DNA from: Vicugna vicugna
Lineage: Eukaryota
DNA length: 64,000 nt
Assembly (NCBI GenBank): GCA_013265495.1
Contig: MU061542.1
Span: forward strand, 30,972-94,971
Direction of reading: 5' to 3'
Position numbers and translations under genes: made by a program. Of the stretch, positions 48,906-62,300 are shown piece by piece. The notes beneath the pieces are model-generated. The model ran no database searches. It worked only from the letters and a program-made list of their open reading frames with translations, and was not told where the DNA came from. Within the stretch, counting starts at the first letter, position 1, and each line of letters opens with the position of its first letter.

Positions 48906-51900
48906 AATAAGCCTGGAGAAGGGGATTCTACTGTATAGTTTTTAATACTTTTTCTCTTTATTCCTTTCTTTCCCCTTGCTAGATTTGGTTATTCACTGCA
49001 AATATTGCCCAATATATTTATTATTTCTCTCAGAATTTTATCATTTGTAAATTTGATATTTTCTATGATGTGATTCACATCATTGATTATGTTTAAACAT
49101 AGCACAGCCCAGGTCAGACTTCTGAATTATGGCACTAAAAAATCCTTTCTGATTATTAAGAGTTATAATTATTGCATGATGATCATGGAAACAGTTGCAT
49201 TTTCAAGAGCATTAGAAATTTTTAATTAAATAGATTTTTAATTTTTGTTTTATATTTATAAATAGTCATACCTGTCTATACAAAATTGAATATTAAAAGA
49301 GAAATCTATAAAATATTTGCATACATTATATATAATATTCATAGTATATACAATTTCATATTTAAAATAGATACATATTACAAAGCAGGGTGAAATCACT
49401 TCTAGTTCAGATCATTAAGTAGAAACTTTATGAAGATTACACACTTCATGGATTATGAACAATAACTGAAAATATAAGAAGGACAGCAATGACTATAAAT
49501 GGAAGATAGAACAAGACTCAAAGACTCAAAGATGGGAAAAAAATGTATTTTCAGTGGTTGGAAAGCAGAGCAGTTTGAAGCAAAAATGTTATATAGGCAG
49601 CTCAGAGGCTGGAAGATATTTTAAGGCCATGCTGTCCTTGAAAACAACTATAAAGTATCATAACCTAAAAAAACAATTAGAAGGTTTCCTGCTGGATTCT
49701 GACACTAGCCATTAATTTTTCTAGAATTAAGGATATGAAGAAGAGTTCAGAAGGTATAGATACAAAAATTATAATTATGGGAAATATCTACTGCCAACCT
49801 CAATCAAAGGGGAAGACAAATGTCACAATTTGGGAGGGTGAAAAAGTTATCATCTCAAAACACCACTGTCAATAACTGTTCTTTGGTATTAGCAAATGTT
49901 TATGGAAAAAATATTGAATAAATTAATCGATCTGACTTATATAGTCTTGGTTAAAATGAGAATCAAAAGATGAAATATGAGGATAAAATTAAATTTCTAT
50001 GCAAATAAATCAAAATTACAAAAGTACATGGTGATAAAAATGATCAGATTTAAAAATAAGAAATACTCAGGATCTTATTTCCTCTGTGTTCTGCGTCAGC
50101 CAAGTATGTGACATGCCAGCCTGGACAACTAATGCTCTTTTAGACTTCATTATTTTAAACATAGCACACAGATCAAAAAGGTTACCATTTCTCTGGGTAT
50201 TGGTCAGAGTCATTTGATACACCAGACATATTTTTTCCTCCTAAAGATGTTTCGCTACTTCTTGTAGGATAAAATCCATAGGCATGTTTAAAGCTTAATT
50301 TAACTCTGTTTTTCAGAGCTTCATCTTTAGCTACTACCTGCCCTCCATTTATTTATTGCAAATATCCTCAGAACTTTCTTACTCGAGCCCCTGGGGTCAA
50401 GATGCAAAGGTGAAAAAGGAGACTTCTGATGAACAGGAGTGAAGTCTCCATCTAACAACAGTTGTTTTCACTGGGTGAACCAGAGGCTACCTGCCCATTT
50501 ACTTTGCCAAGGAACTACTTAGCAGTATTCAGCATTCCAGAATTTTTTCTGTCTCTGATTTTGTTTATAGTTTTCTCTTACCTATATATTAATTATTTTC
50601 TCATTATTCAAATTCTGGTGAAAATTGCAGCTATTCTGTGAAAGTTTCCCCTAGTGTGCCAATCTAGAAATGTAACCTCCTGCATATTATGTTACTATAG
50701 CAATTCATAGATATGTTTGCCTGAAGGATCGTATTATGTTGTAGTAGTTTTCTGAGTGAAAAAAAAAACTATATGGGGTTTATGAAAAAAATAGAAGGAC
50801 TTTGGTAACATGAATGTCAGACAGATGTAGTGGAAGTGAAGTAAAGGTCAGCTGAAAAAACAGGAGTTAATGACTATAAAAAGAAATGTTAGCAGTAAAT
50901 TAAATTTTGACTAACACAGAGCAGTTGCAGATAGTGAGAAAATCTAAGATCATGACTTGGCTACAGAAAGCTCCCAAGAAACATAGAGAAAGACATAGGG
51001 ATTTAAGATCATTAAAAATTATGAGAGTCTGCTGTTGTATTGGTCAATCATAAGCAATGACATCAACAAAGAGAATGTCATAACTTTAAGTAAAGCAGAA
51101 ATAATGAGCTAGGTGCCAAAGAGTCCAGTTAATTCTGGCAAGTGCTGATAAGAATCAATAGGTTACATCAATGAAAATAGGCAGTGAGTACTTGAGTCAG
51201 TTATCATGAACCTTAAATGAAGGTGTTATTTATACAAATATGGGGGATAAACAGTTTAAAAGTTTTAATATAGAGTCAGATGAACACTGAATCACATATA
51301 CATGAGACTTGGGAAAATGAGCAAACTTATTTGAGTGGTAACAGTATCTAGAAACTGAGCAAACTTGTTTCAGTGAAGACAAGAATCAGAAGAGTCAGGA
51401 TTTTAAAAGCTTTAAGTTGTAAGCAAATTGTTTAATATGGAATGATAGTCCACAATGTACCGTGTTGCCATTTGATATAAAAATAAACAGAGTAATTACA
51501 ATTATCATAATAAAATAAACACAAGACATTTTAACCGATAAAAGTAATAAAAATGAGAGAGGACTAAGGGCCTTCCATTCATAATAGTAGTACAAAAGGA
51601 ATGCATACTTGTATGTTGGCATTAAACTGCCCTTAAATTCCAAAAGAAAGATGGAAAATTATGATGAAATCTGGAAAAGATCACTTACATCTAGATAGGA
51701 AGAGGGTTAGAATTCTGTGAGTTTTAACAGACTCTGAATAGAAATAATTTATTAAATATTCTTCACATTAGTTAAGACATTTTTAGTAAATGATTTCACA
51801 CTTACAGTATTTTTATGCTTTTTCTGATGCATGAATATAGCAAGATAATTTCTTTAAACACTTGTCTTCTCTAAAAGTCCCTTTAGAGGCAATTTACCTA

Positions 51901-52415
51901 TTTATTCAGAGACATACTAATGATCTTGGGATAAAATATTTTCCTTATAATAAGAATGAAAAGAAAAAACAAGTGTCCAGTTTTGTACTTCCAAATTAGA
52001 CATTTGCTGCTCATGTCAAATCCAACAAAAGTATCTCACAACATCTTTATTTTGCAAACATAAACACAGGGAAAGGAAGCAAAGATACACAAGCCATCTG
52101 TTGTCACACAGCCAGTGATGAGAAGCAACATTACCTGCTTTTTTTTTTTTTGATTCCCCTCCCCTCATCTATCTTTATATACTTGAACCATGGTCCAAGA
52201 CCATCTGAACCCAAACTACTCTAGTTTGTAGGGAAATCGTCCTTTTCAATGTTCTGGGATGCTAATATTTATGATGATTATTACATTCACAATCTCAGTT
52301 TCCACCAGTTTTGTTGGTTATCTTGCACTCTCATGGGGGACCTAGTTTAAACAATAAATTTTAAATCAGCCTACTCATGAAAATTTCACTCTACCTTCAA
52401 ATGAGAATCAAATTC

Positions 52416-52857
52416 TTTTTTTTATTGAGTTATAGTCATTTTACAATACTGTGTCAAATTGTGTAGAGCACAATTTTTCAGTTATACATGAACATACATA
52501 TATTCATTGTCACATATTTTTTTACTGTGAGCTACCACAAGATCTTGTATATATTTCCCTGTGCTATACAGTATAATCTTGTTTATCTATTCTGCATATG
52601 CCTGTCAGTCCACAAATTTTGAACTCCCAGTCTGTCCCTTCCCATCCCCATCTCCCTCCCCCATGGCAACCACAAGTTTCTATTCTATGTCTATGAGTCT
52701 GTTTCTGTTTTGTATTTATGTTCTCTTTTTTTTTCTTAATTCCACATATGAGTGATCTTATATGGTATTTCTCCTTCTCTTTCTGGCTTACTTCACTTAG
52801 AATGAGATTCACCAGGAGCATCCATGTTGCTGCAAATGGCTTTATATTGTCATTCTT
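52416..52857 (-). mobile_element. Young lineage-specific L1 3' end (5'-truncated)
   Basis: Track peptide LILSEVSQKEKEKYH..SLICGI (L1 ORF2 C-terminus); same 3'UTR as 37644-38071. Confidence 0.9.
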
Positions 52858-53069
52858 GACACCTGAGGAGTAATGATGAGGAAAGAGTGGGAGTAGATAA
52901 TGATAAGGCCTGCCTTACATCTAAGGGAACGGCCTAATAAAAAATACCTTTTTCTTTGTTGAAATCTGAGAGATTATATTTCTTCATGGCTGTTCTTTCT
53001 TATTATTTCTTCCATCCCCCCTCTGTCTCTTCTTCTCTTTCTCCTTTTCTTTGTTTCTTCTAATGACTG

Positions 53070-53870
53070 ATACATATTTCATTGTGCGTGAGTACTAAAA
53101 TTTATATGTGAGCTCATGGTAATGGACATTTTGTATAGTTATTGCAAACAATGTCACAATGAATATTATTGACCATATGCTACTTCACAAAATTTAGTAC
53201 ATCTGTAATTAAACTACCAAAATTACTTTCAAGGAAAAATACACGTTTACATTTGTATTGATATTTTCTACACAGAGTGCTGTTTGTACTAATTCACTTC
53301 TACTAGTTTCCCCCAAGTATTTGCCAGTGTAGTCTTTAACGAAATATTTTGCTTTTGCCAATTTGATGGAGAAAAATTCATTTTGATTTTTATCATTCAT
53401 TATAATTTAGATCGCCATGAATGAAATTGACCATCTTTGCATATGTTTAAGATTCACTCATTATTTTCTTACATATTCCTAATTATGTCTTCTGCTAAAT
53501 TTTTGAATGGGTTTTAGAATATTTCTTACTCAGTTTTACAAGTTCTTTATATAGTAAAGTCAGTTGATAATTTTTTTATTTTATTTTGTAAGTATTTTTA
53601 AAAGTTTTTGTTCATCAGTAGTTTCAAGGATTCAGAGTTTTAAGTCATACTAATAAAAACATTATTTTATAAATAACAAACATTATTATGTCACATTTTC
53701 TAATGCTCTTATTATGTCACATATTTTCTTTTTAATTAGACTCTTGACCCATTTGGGATCTGTTTTCGTGTGAAGTGTGACTTTGAGATTAAACTTTGTT
53801 TCTGTTTCCCCCCCCAATCTGGTTACCCAAATGCCTGAAAACCATTTCTGCAGTGATCTATTGTTTCCTT
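53070..53870 (-). mobile_element. Very old L1 (L1ME-like) remnant
   Basis: TTTGTACTAATTCACTT..TTTTGCCAATTTGATGG..TGCATATGTTTA..CCATTTGGGATCTGTTTT. Confidence 0.5.
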
Positions 53871-54256
53871 AATGGTTCTCCTTAATTAAATAGTTCCTCC
53901 TAATCAGCAGGGTTTTTTTTTTTCTTCATTTTCAGTGAAAAGTAAGGAAAGTGGGAAAGAGAGAACAAAAATTTTAAAAATTCAAATAATGGCAACATTT
54001 TATATTCTGTTTAATCATGATCAAATTAATTACACTCTTCCAACATCAGTTTTCTCTCCTTAAAATGTGGATAATACTGATTATTATTACTTTTTAACAT
54101 TGTGAAGACTAAGTTAGATACCATTATTATAAGCTCTATTATACTTTGCATGTCATAACCTTTTTATAAGAACCAAGTCCTTCTGTTTCACTAATTACAA
54201 ACTGATATACTCCCCAGGGTGCTCCCACACAAGCAACCTCTTCATCACCTGAAATC

Positions 54257-55920
54257 TATGGTGTGAGACAGTGCTTAGCTTCATATTTTTTCATGTGACT
54301 ATGCAGTTTTCTACCACCATTTATTGAAGAGACTATAATTTCTCTATTGTACGTTATTCACTCTTTTGTCATAAATTAATTGTCCATGTATGTGTGGGCT
54401 TATTTTGGGGCTCCAAATTCAGTTCCTTAAACTATGTAGCTGTTTTTCTGCCAATATTGTACTGTTTTGATTATTATAGCTTTGTAACATAGTTTGAAAC
54501 CAGGGAATGTTATACCTCCAGCTTTGCTCTTTGTTTCCTCAGGTTTGTTTTGCCTATTCAGAGTCTTTTGTAGCTCCATACAAATTTTAGGATTATTTGT
54601 TCTATGAAACATGCCATTGGAATTTTTATAGAGATTGCATTGAATTTGTAGATTGCTGTAGGTAGTGCGGACACTTTGACAATACTAATTCCTCCAAGTC
54701 ATGAGCATGAATTATCTCTCATTATCTTTGTCGTCTTTAATTTCTTTCTTTAATATCTTGCAGTTCTCAGTATACAAATCTTTCACCTCCTTGATTAAAT
54801 TTATTCCTAGGTATTTTATTCATTTTGTTACACTTGTCTCACACCATACACAAAAATCAATTCAAAATCGCTTAAAGACTTAAATGTAAGAAATGAATCC
54901 ACAAAACCTCTAGAATTCTTAGAAGAAAACATGAGCAGTGTGCTCCTTGACACTGGCCTTAGCAATATCTTTCTAGATATGCTACCTTAGGCAAAGAAAA
55001 GCGAAAATAAACAAATGGAACTACATTAAAAAAAAAAAAGCTTCACAGCAAAGGAAATCATCAATAAAATGAAAATGCAAGCTACTAAATGGAAGAAGAT
55101 ATTTGCAAATCATATATCCAAAATGGGGTTAATATCCAAAATATATAGAGAACTCACACAATTCAACAACAGCAGCAAAAAAAAAAAAACAACCCCATTA
55201 AAAATGTGCATAGGATCTAAATAGACATTTTTCTGAAGAATACATAGAGATGGCCAACAGTCACTTGAAAAGATATTCAACATCACTAATTATTAGGAAA
55301 GTGCAAATCGAAACCACAATGAGTTATCATCTCATTATTGTCACAGTGGCTATTATTAAAGGGCAAAAAATAACAAGTGTTGCTGAGGATATGGAGAAAA
55401 GGGAATCTGCATACACCGTTGGCATGAATGTATATTGATGCAGCCACCTTGGGAAAAATTAGGACTAGAACTACCATGTGATCTAGCTATCCCACTTCTG
55501 AGTATTTATCCAAAGAATATGAAAACATTCATTTTCAAAGATATACACACCCCAACATTCATTGCAGCAGTATTTACAATAGCCAAATTATGGAAACAAT
55601 CCAAGTGCCATCAGTGGGTAAATGGATACAAAAATATCTCACACACACACACAATGGAATACTACTTAGCATTAAAACAATCTTGCCAAATTTTCAACAA
55701 TATGGATGGACTTACAGGGTCCCAGAGAGGAAGGGGTGGAGGGAAGAGTGAAATGGGTTAAGGAGATTAACTGTATGGTGACAAATGGAAACTAAATTTT
55801 TGGTGATGGGCATGCTTTTGTGTATACAGAAATAGAAATATAATGTATACATAAAACATATAATGTTATAAACTCAAAAATAAGTAAGTAAATAAATAGA
55901 TAGATATATAAATAAATAAC
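54257..55920 (+). mobile_element. 5'-inverted L1: inverted ORF2 segment 54257-54830 plus sense ORF2 end and 3'UTR 54831-55920
   Basis: Minus-strand peptide [30 protein letters not shown]; plus-strand peptide MANSHLKRYSTSLIIRKVQIETTMSYHL; A-rich tail at ~55875-55920. Confidence 0.9.
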
Positions 55921-58900
55921 TGTAAATACAGTGGCCTTAATCCAAACCAATGCAAGTAAAATTTGAGAACTACTGTTCTATACCATTAAATTTAGTTAAT
56001 TGATCGCAAAGAAAAGGAGCCTGTTTAGAGAAGAAAGGTAAATGTGATTCAAGAAGACTGTTAACAAGCTGTACCCAAGTCAGTAAAATGCTTTACCTGC
56101 TTCATATAAAGCTACTGTGTTTTAAATTTTACATAGCGCTACTGTGTTTAAATCAAAGTTTTGACAATAAGGAATTTTTCAGTATGATGGAAAGTGATCA
56201 CATAGATTGTATAGGAGTTGCAAAAGGTGAAACAGGTCTATCTTTCCAGCAGTGTTAATAGCCAGACACAAATGGGCCTTTGCATTAGCTACTAATCTCA
56301 GCTAACCTAATGGGGTTATATATTATTAGTCTCTTCTTATTTGCATGTCTAAATTTGTTCTTGGATTAAATCTATTTTTTTCTGCTTGATTCCTGCTGTC
56401 TTCTTAACATTTTAGAGTTTTGCATTTTAATTGCTTAAACTCATAAATTTATGAAATTTAAAATACAGTCACTGTAGAGGTAAAAACATATTAAAAAAAG
56501 GAATTTTAAACAATATAAATTGACAATACCCACTCACTTTCTACCTTATTACTGTAACACAGTGTCCTTTAAATTAAGGATTTGGAGTTATGACAATATA
56601 GATGATAGTGTCAGTGATACAATTCTCAGAAGGTTTAGTGTCCGTTCTCCCCCTCAAGGAGTAAACTCAGTATTGGGAAATGACTATGAAGTTAAAAATA
56701 GAGGTAAAAACATAAGTATACCAGTTCAGTCATGTCTATAAATTCATACAGTCTGATACAGGCTGATAGGTAATAAGCAGGTAAAACTGGAGAAACTTAA
56801 ACCTTCAATTTTGGGACTGAAGTACCCTCTCAGGTCCCTAGTTTGACTGCTTCTTGAAAATCTGTATCTGTACTAATTAAAAATTACATATATATATATA
56901 TATAGTACTTATTCTTGTACAAGCCTATACTAGAAATATGTTAATATCTGTTAAGTCTGAAATATAGATTCAACTATTTACAAGACTTTATAGTCTTAAA
57001 AGTACTTGAGAGTTTGTTTTGTCTGAAAATATTTTAAAAAAGCTATTAATCGTAAGAATCTGATGGAAAAATACATGTGAAAAAAATTCACATATTCAGA
57101 TAATGTTGTATCCTACACTTAGTGAATTATGTAGATTATAGAAGACATGAACTAAACAATATGTTAATTATCAATAATTTTCTGTATTTGTATTTATTGA
57201 TATAATTTTAAATGCTACTATAAATAAAGAGTAGAAAAAGGATAGTGGTTAACACTGGTGTGCACTTAAATAAATAACCATGGCAGTGATAGCAATAAGA
57301 AATGATGGTACAGAGAAAAAAAATTAAAAAGCGAGAAACATAAATGGAGTATTTATTTTTCTGAAGAGCTCCACATCATCTTGTAACTTAAAAACTGTCT
57401 TTGACTTGGAAATACTTAGAGTGAGACAAAACTGACTTACAAAGATGAGTTTCTGGAAACTGTCAACAACAACAAATTAAAATGGAAGCTATTCAATGGA
57501 CCAGAAATTACCAAGTCAAGTAAGACAAACTGAGCTAGGACAGCAATTGTTGCATTTGCTTTTGAGGATACAAGATGAGGAAATTTTACTCCAAATTAAT
57601 ATAATGACTGCTTTGGAAAAATAGAAGTAGAAGTTTGGAAAATTAGAAGTAGAAGTCTGAGAAACTCCCTAGAAGATGAGGTCAGTTGCTGAGACAGAAA
57701 GAAAATGAAAGTAGACTTACATACAAACTGAAATTGTAGCATAAGACCAGATTTATTGGTCAATTTTAAGTTTAAAAAATTCTTCCAAAAATATTTAATT
57801 AATGCTTAGTCTTTTCATATGGATAGAATACCTTTCTGGAGCCTAGCTGGAAGTAATTGATATACCATATTCTATTGACTAGAATATTATAAGATAGAAA
57901 CATCTCATGAAAGTAAAGATATTTCAATGATTTTTGTCAACCTTTTGCATCAAGCTCAACCTAAAATGTAGGAGATTTTTATTCTTAAATACCATTCTGC
58001 CCTTAAATAAGAAGTGATTTATATACATAATTTAATGCATCCGAGTGCTAGATCCTTGGAAACAGTGTCAATAAAATTCATTACCTAAATGTTCATTAGT
58101 CTTGGCCATAGAATTGAAAGTAATTTGCTCCACATACAAGATATCATCTTTACATATTACTTCATGTAATTGTCTTAGAATATAATAATCTTTTCAGATT
58201 CATAGAAGTAAGATGAAAACATGTCTTTATTCTGTTTAATAGTAAAACTCAAACACGAGTGTGCTTGATGTGCAATTGAATTGCATTAAACTAAACATAG
58301 ATAAGATTTCCATTTGATTTTAAAGCCAAGAAATTTCAGTTTAAAAATATCCAAACAGAATAAATTGTAAATATTTTAGAATCTTTTTGTTTTCTTTTGT
58401 TTCTTTTGTGATATTTTGGTTGCATAAAAATATAAGCAGCTGACTTAGGGTCACCTTCTCCTGAAATAAATCTTTCCATGTTGCAAATAAAAGTCAAACA
58501 AATAGAAAACAATAGAAACCCTGCAATATTTATGTCATTTAATATTTTTAAATTCAGATTTTAGGTCCCAAAGGAAAGAGAACATTGGTTTATGGTATAT
58601 TATTATAAATATGATTACTTAATCACTATAGTTATTCTCATGATACACTTTCTAATTAAAATTAGCAAATATTGAGGATTAAATGACTAAACTTGCCTTT
58701 TGGAGATAAATACTGTTTGATCAAGTAATTTTCGGCAATTTGGATTAGAGGGAAACTTACTACCAAAAAAATTTACATGTTGTTTTATGTTTTTCTTATT
58801 TCCAGTTTTTCTGTATTAGTAGCTGCAGTCATGAAAGTATTCCATTTCTGAAGTGTTTTCATCTACTGGTTACTCATATACTTTACATGAAAAACACAAA

Positions 58901-59424
58901 ATAACTCCATGTAGAATATACAGTACTTTTTCACATTTATCCTGGCATTTCTATTAAAGTTAAATGGAAAAAAAAACAGTTTGATCAGATGGTATTTTAT
59001 TTCTTATAGTAGCCTTTCTAGCACCTCTATTAAAAATAGTTCTTTTCTCAAGATGTTTAAAACTGTCCTCTTTGACTCAAAATTTTTGTGTAGAAAGATC
59101 TCCTAACTTATGTTTGTCATAGAAATGAAGTCTGGTTGCTACAATGAAGAACTGACAATTTCCTTAGCAACATTGTTAGTACCTGGAGTAGTCACTAGGT
59201 TGGTTTTACTATATGTAATCAGTAGTCAAATGTGAAAATATTCATTCACTGTGAGATCTTTTAATTTTTAATTTTTTTTAGTTTAGTTTGGGTAGATTTA
59301 GCCCAAACTAGTTCTTGGCAGTGATATCATAAACTGAAGAATGGAAGCTAATCGGACTGAGGATCAGGTGACATAGAAGTCATTTCTATTGACACTAGCT
59401 TGACTACATAACAACATCACTACT

Positions 59425-60135
59425 GTTTTTAAGAATACAAGTGAGGCAGAAGAATGGTTCAGTGAGCTAGAAAACAGATTAGTGGAAATTTCTACTTCAG
59501 AACAGAAAAAAGAAAAAAAAAAAAGTAATGAGGATAGTTTAAGGGAACTCTGGGATAACATGAAGTACTCTAATATTCACATTATAGGGGTCCCAGAAAG
59601 AGAAGATAGAGAGAAAGGACCTGAGAAAATTTTGGTAGAAATAATAACCGAATACTCCCCCAACTTGGAAAAGGAAACAATCACCCAAGTCCTAGAAACA
59701 CAGAGAGTACCACAGAGAATCAACCCAAAGAGGAACACACCAAGGCACATAGTCATCAAATTGACAAAAATTAAGGATAAGGAGAAAATATTAAAATTAG
59801 CAAGAGAAAAGCAACAAATAACATAAAAGGGAACTCCCATAAAGTTATCAGCTGATTTTTTAGCAGAAACTCTACAAGCCGGAAGGGAGTGGCATGATAT
59901 ATTTAAAGTGATGAAAGGGGAAAACTTAAAACCAAGAATACTCTAACAAGCAAGGATCTTGTTCAGACTTGATGGAGAAATAAAAAACTGCACAGATAAA
60001 CAAAAACTAAAAGATTTCAGCACCACTAAACCAGCTTTACAACAAATGTTAAAGGTCATCATCAAACCATAAGAAAAGAGAACAAATAGAAGAAAGAAAG
60101 AAAAAAAAAAGAGAGAGAGAGAGAGACCTACAAAA
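59425..60135 (+). mobile_element. L1 ORF1 3' two-thirds (frame mostly preserved, two stops) followed by an A/GA tract
   Basis: EDSLRELWDNMKYSNIHIIGVPE..QRVPQRINPKRNTPRHIVIKL..*KGTPIKLSADFLAETLQAGREW. Confidence 0.92.
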
Positions 60136-60505
60136 GATTGCTTTGGCTGTTCAGGGTATTTTGTGATTCCTTGTAAATTTTGGAATTGTCTGTTCTAGTT
60201 CTGTGAGGAATGTTGTGAGTATTTTGATGGGGGTTGCATTGGATCTGTGGATTGCTTTGGGTACTGGAGTCATTTTGATAGTGTTGATTGGGAAGGGATA
60301 GACTGGGATTTCAAAGTCGTAGAATAGATAAACAAGATTATACTGTATAGCACAGGGAAACATATACAAGATCTTATGGCTGCTCACAGAGGAAAAAAAT
60401 GTGACAATGAATATATATATGTTCACATATAACTGAAAAATTGTGCTGTACACTGGAATTTGACACACTGAAAAATGATTATAAATCAATAAAAAAGTTA
60501 AAAAA
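60136..60505 (+). mobile_element. Short 5'-inverted young L1: inverted ORF2 piece 60136-60287 plus 3'UTR 60288-60505
   Basis: Minus-strand INTIKMTPVPKAIHRSNATPIKILTTFLTELEQTIPKF is fused to the same 3'UTR as 37644-38071, in the opposite orientation. Confidence 0.82.
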
Positions 60506-60654
60506 TACTTTGTAATAGCCTATAATGAAAAAGAATACAAATAAATCAAAAGGAATATATGTAAAAAAATATAAAGCTAAAGCTCTAAACATTCTTAGAA
60601 GCAATGAATAGTACATATATGTAAATTAAAGAATATATGAAGTTAAAAAAAATC

Positions 60655-61170
60655 TATCAAGCCATGAAATTCATAGAAGAAATTTAAAAGGCATATTACT
60701 AAATGAAAGAAGCCAGTCTGAAAAGGCTGCAAACTGTACAATTCCAACCGTGTGACATTCTAGAAAAGGCAAAGCTACAGAAACAATAAAAAGATCATGG
60801 TTTCCAGGGGTTTGGGAAGAGCGAGGGTGGAATGAATAGATGGAGCATAAGGGATTTCTAGGGCAATGAAATTATTCTGTTTGATACTAGAGTGGTGGCT
60901 CCATGTCATTATGCATTTGTCAAAACCTATAGAATGTACAACATCAAGATTGAACCCTGATGTAAACTATGGACTTTGGTTGATAATAATGTGCCCATAT
61001 TAGTTCATTGATTGTACAAAATATGCCACACTGATGAGGGATGTAGGTAGGGGAGTATATATGTGTGGGTGGGGAGGACTATATGTGAACTCTATATTTT
61101 CTGTTCAATCCTGTTGTGAACCTGAAACTTCTCTAAAAGAATAAAGTCTATTAAAAATTTTAAAAATAGA
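60655..61170 (+). mobile_element. L1MC-like 3'UTR
   Basis: GCATATTACTAAATGAAAGAAGCCAGTCTGAAAAGGCT..GAACCCTGATGTAAACTATGGACTTTGGTTGATAAT..AATAAAGTCTATTAAAAA. Confidence 0.85.
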
Positions 61171-61329
61171 ATACAGGAAGTGTGTCTGCAGGAACAGATA
61201 CTCCCTTCACACAGAGTTCAGACCACTTCCACTCTCCATAAAAACCCAAAAATATGCCAAAATCCATTCACTTTTGATGCCTCTACTGCCGTAATACTGA
61301 GCTATCACACAGTGTATTGTGAAAAAATC

Positions 61330-62300
61330 CAGAAAGACTTCTGAGAGGATATGCTATTTGAATCATAAGCGAAGAAAAATTAGTCACATAAAATTGAGAG
61401 TTCCTGAATGAGGAAATAGCCTTAACAAAGACTCACAGATTAAAAAATTTGTATAAGTATTGTCATGAGAGTCAAGTAGGCTTCAAGGTATGAGTGGTGA
61501 CATGACATTGATAATGTGCAGAGGTGAAGGAATGCAAAACTTGAAGAAAAGTCTCAGAAAGTTTAAGGGACTAAGATTTTACATTAGATAAGACAAGAAA
61601 AGATTGCATAATTGAAATTTGCCAGAATCAGCTTTGTTTTTGAGGTGGTTAACTCAGGGGTTCTGAAGAAAATCTATGTGATTAAAAACAATAATGAAGG
61701 ATACAAAGAAAATTAAGAGACTTTTGTAGTCATCCTTAAATTAAGAGAAACAAATATCCTGGTCTAGGACATCGATAGAGGTAACAACGTTTTGTGAGTT
61801 TGGAAGATTTTTGAGACTGATTCAATGCTGTGAGTAAAAGTGTAGGAAGAGCCAATGAATGTCAGTTTTCTCACTTGGGTAACTGGATTGTTGGAAATGT
61901 CTCCAGCCAAGATGCAGAATAGGAATAAGTTAAGAAAATACGATGAAAATGAAGTTTATTAATGTTGACAGTAAGATGCCCATGGAAAATCCACTTATAG
62001 CTATCCAGAAACCAAACAAATAAATGTGTCTGTGGCTCAGGAAATAATTAAGGTTGTGAAGTACTAAAGTGAGATATTAGTAGAGTATAGGTGGTGATTG
62101 AAAGAAATGAGAATAGATGAGATCACCTGAGAAAAATATATTGCATAAGAAGAATAGTGGAGTAAAATAAAATGGTGCATAATAACATTATTTAGTTGGT
62201 CATAAGAGAAAAGAATTCCATCAAAATAAAATGATGGATTAACTTTGATTTGAGATCCAAGGAGTAAGGATAATATGACAACATAACTGTCATGGGAGTA
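61330..62300 (-). mobile_element. L2 remnants
   Basis: Purine-rich L2 antisense motifs: TCAGTTTTCTCACTTGGGTAACTGG, TGTCTGTGGCTCAGGA, GAATAGATGAGATCACCTGAG. Confidence 0.55.
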
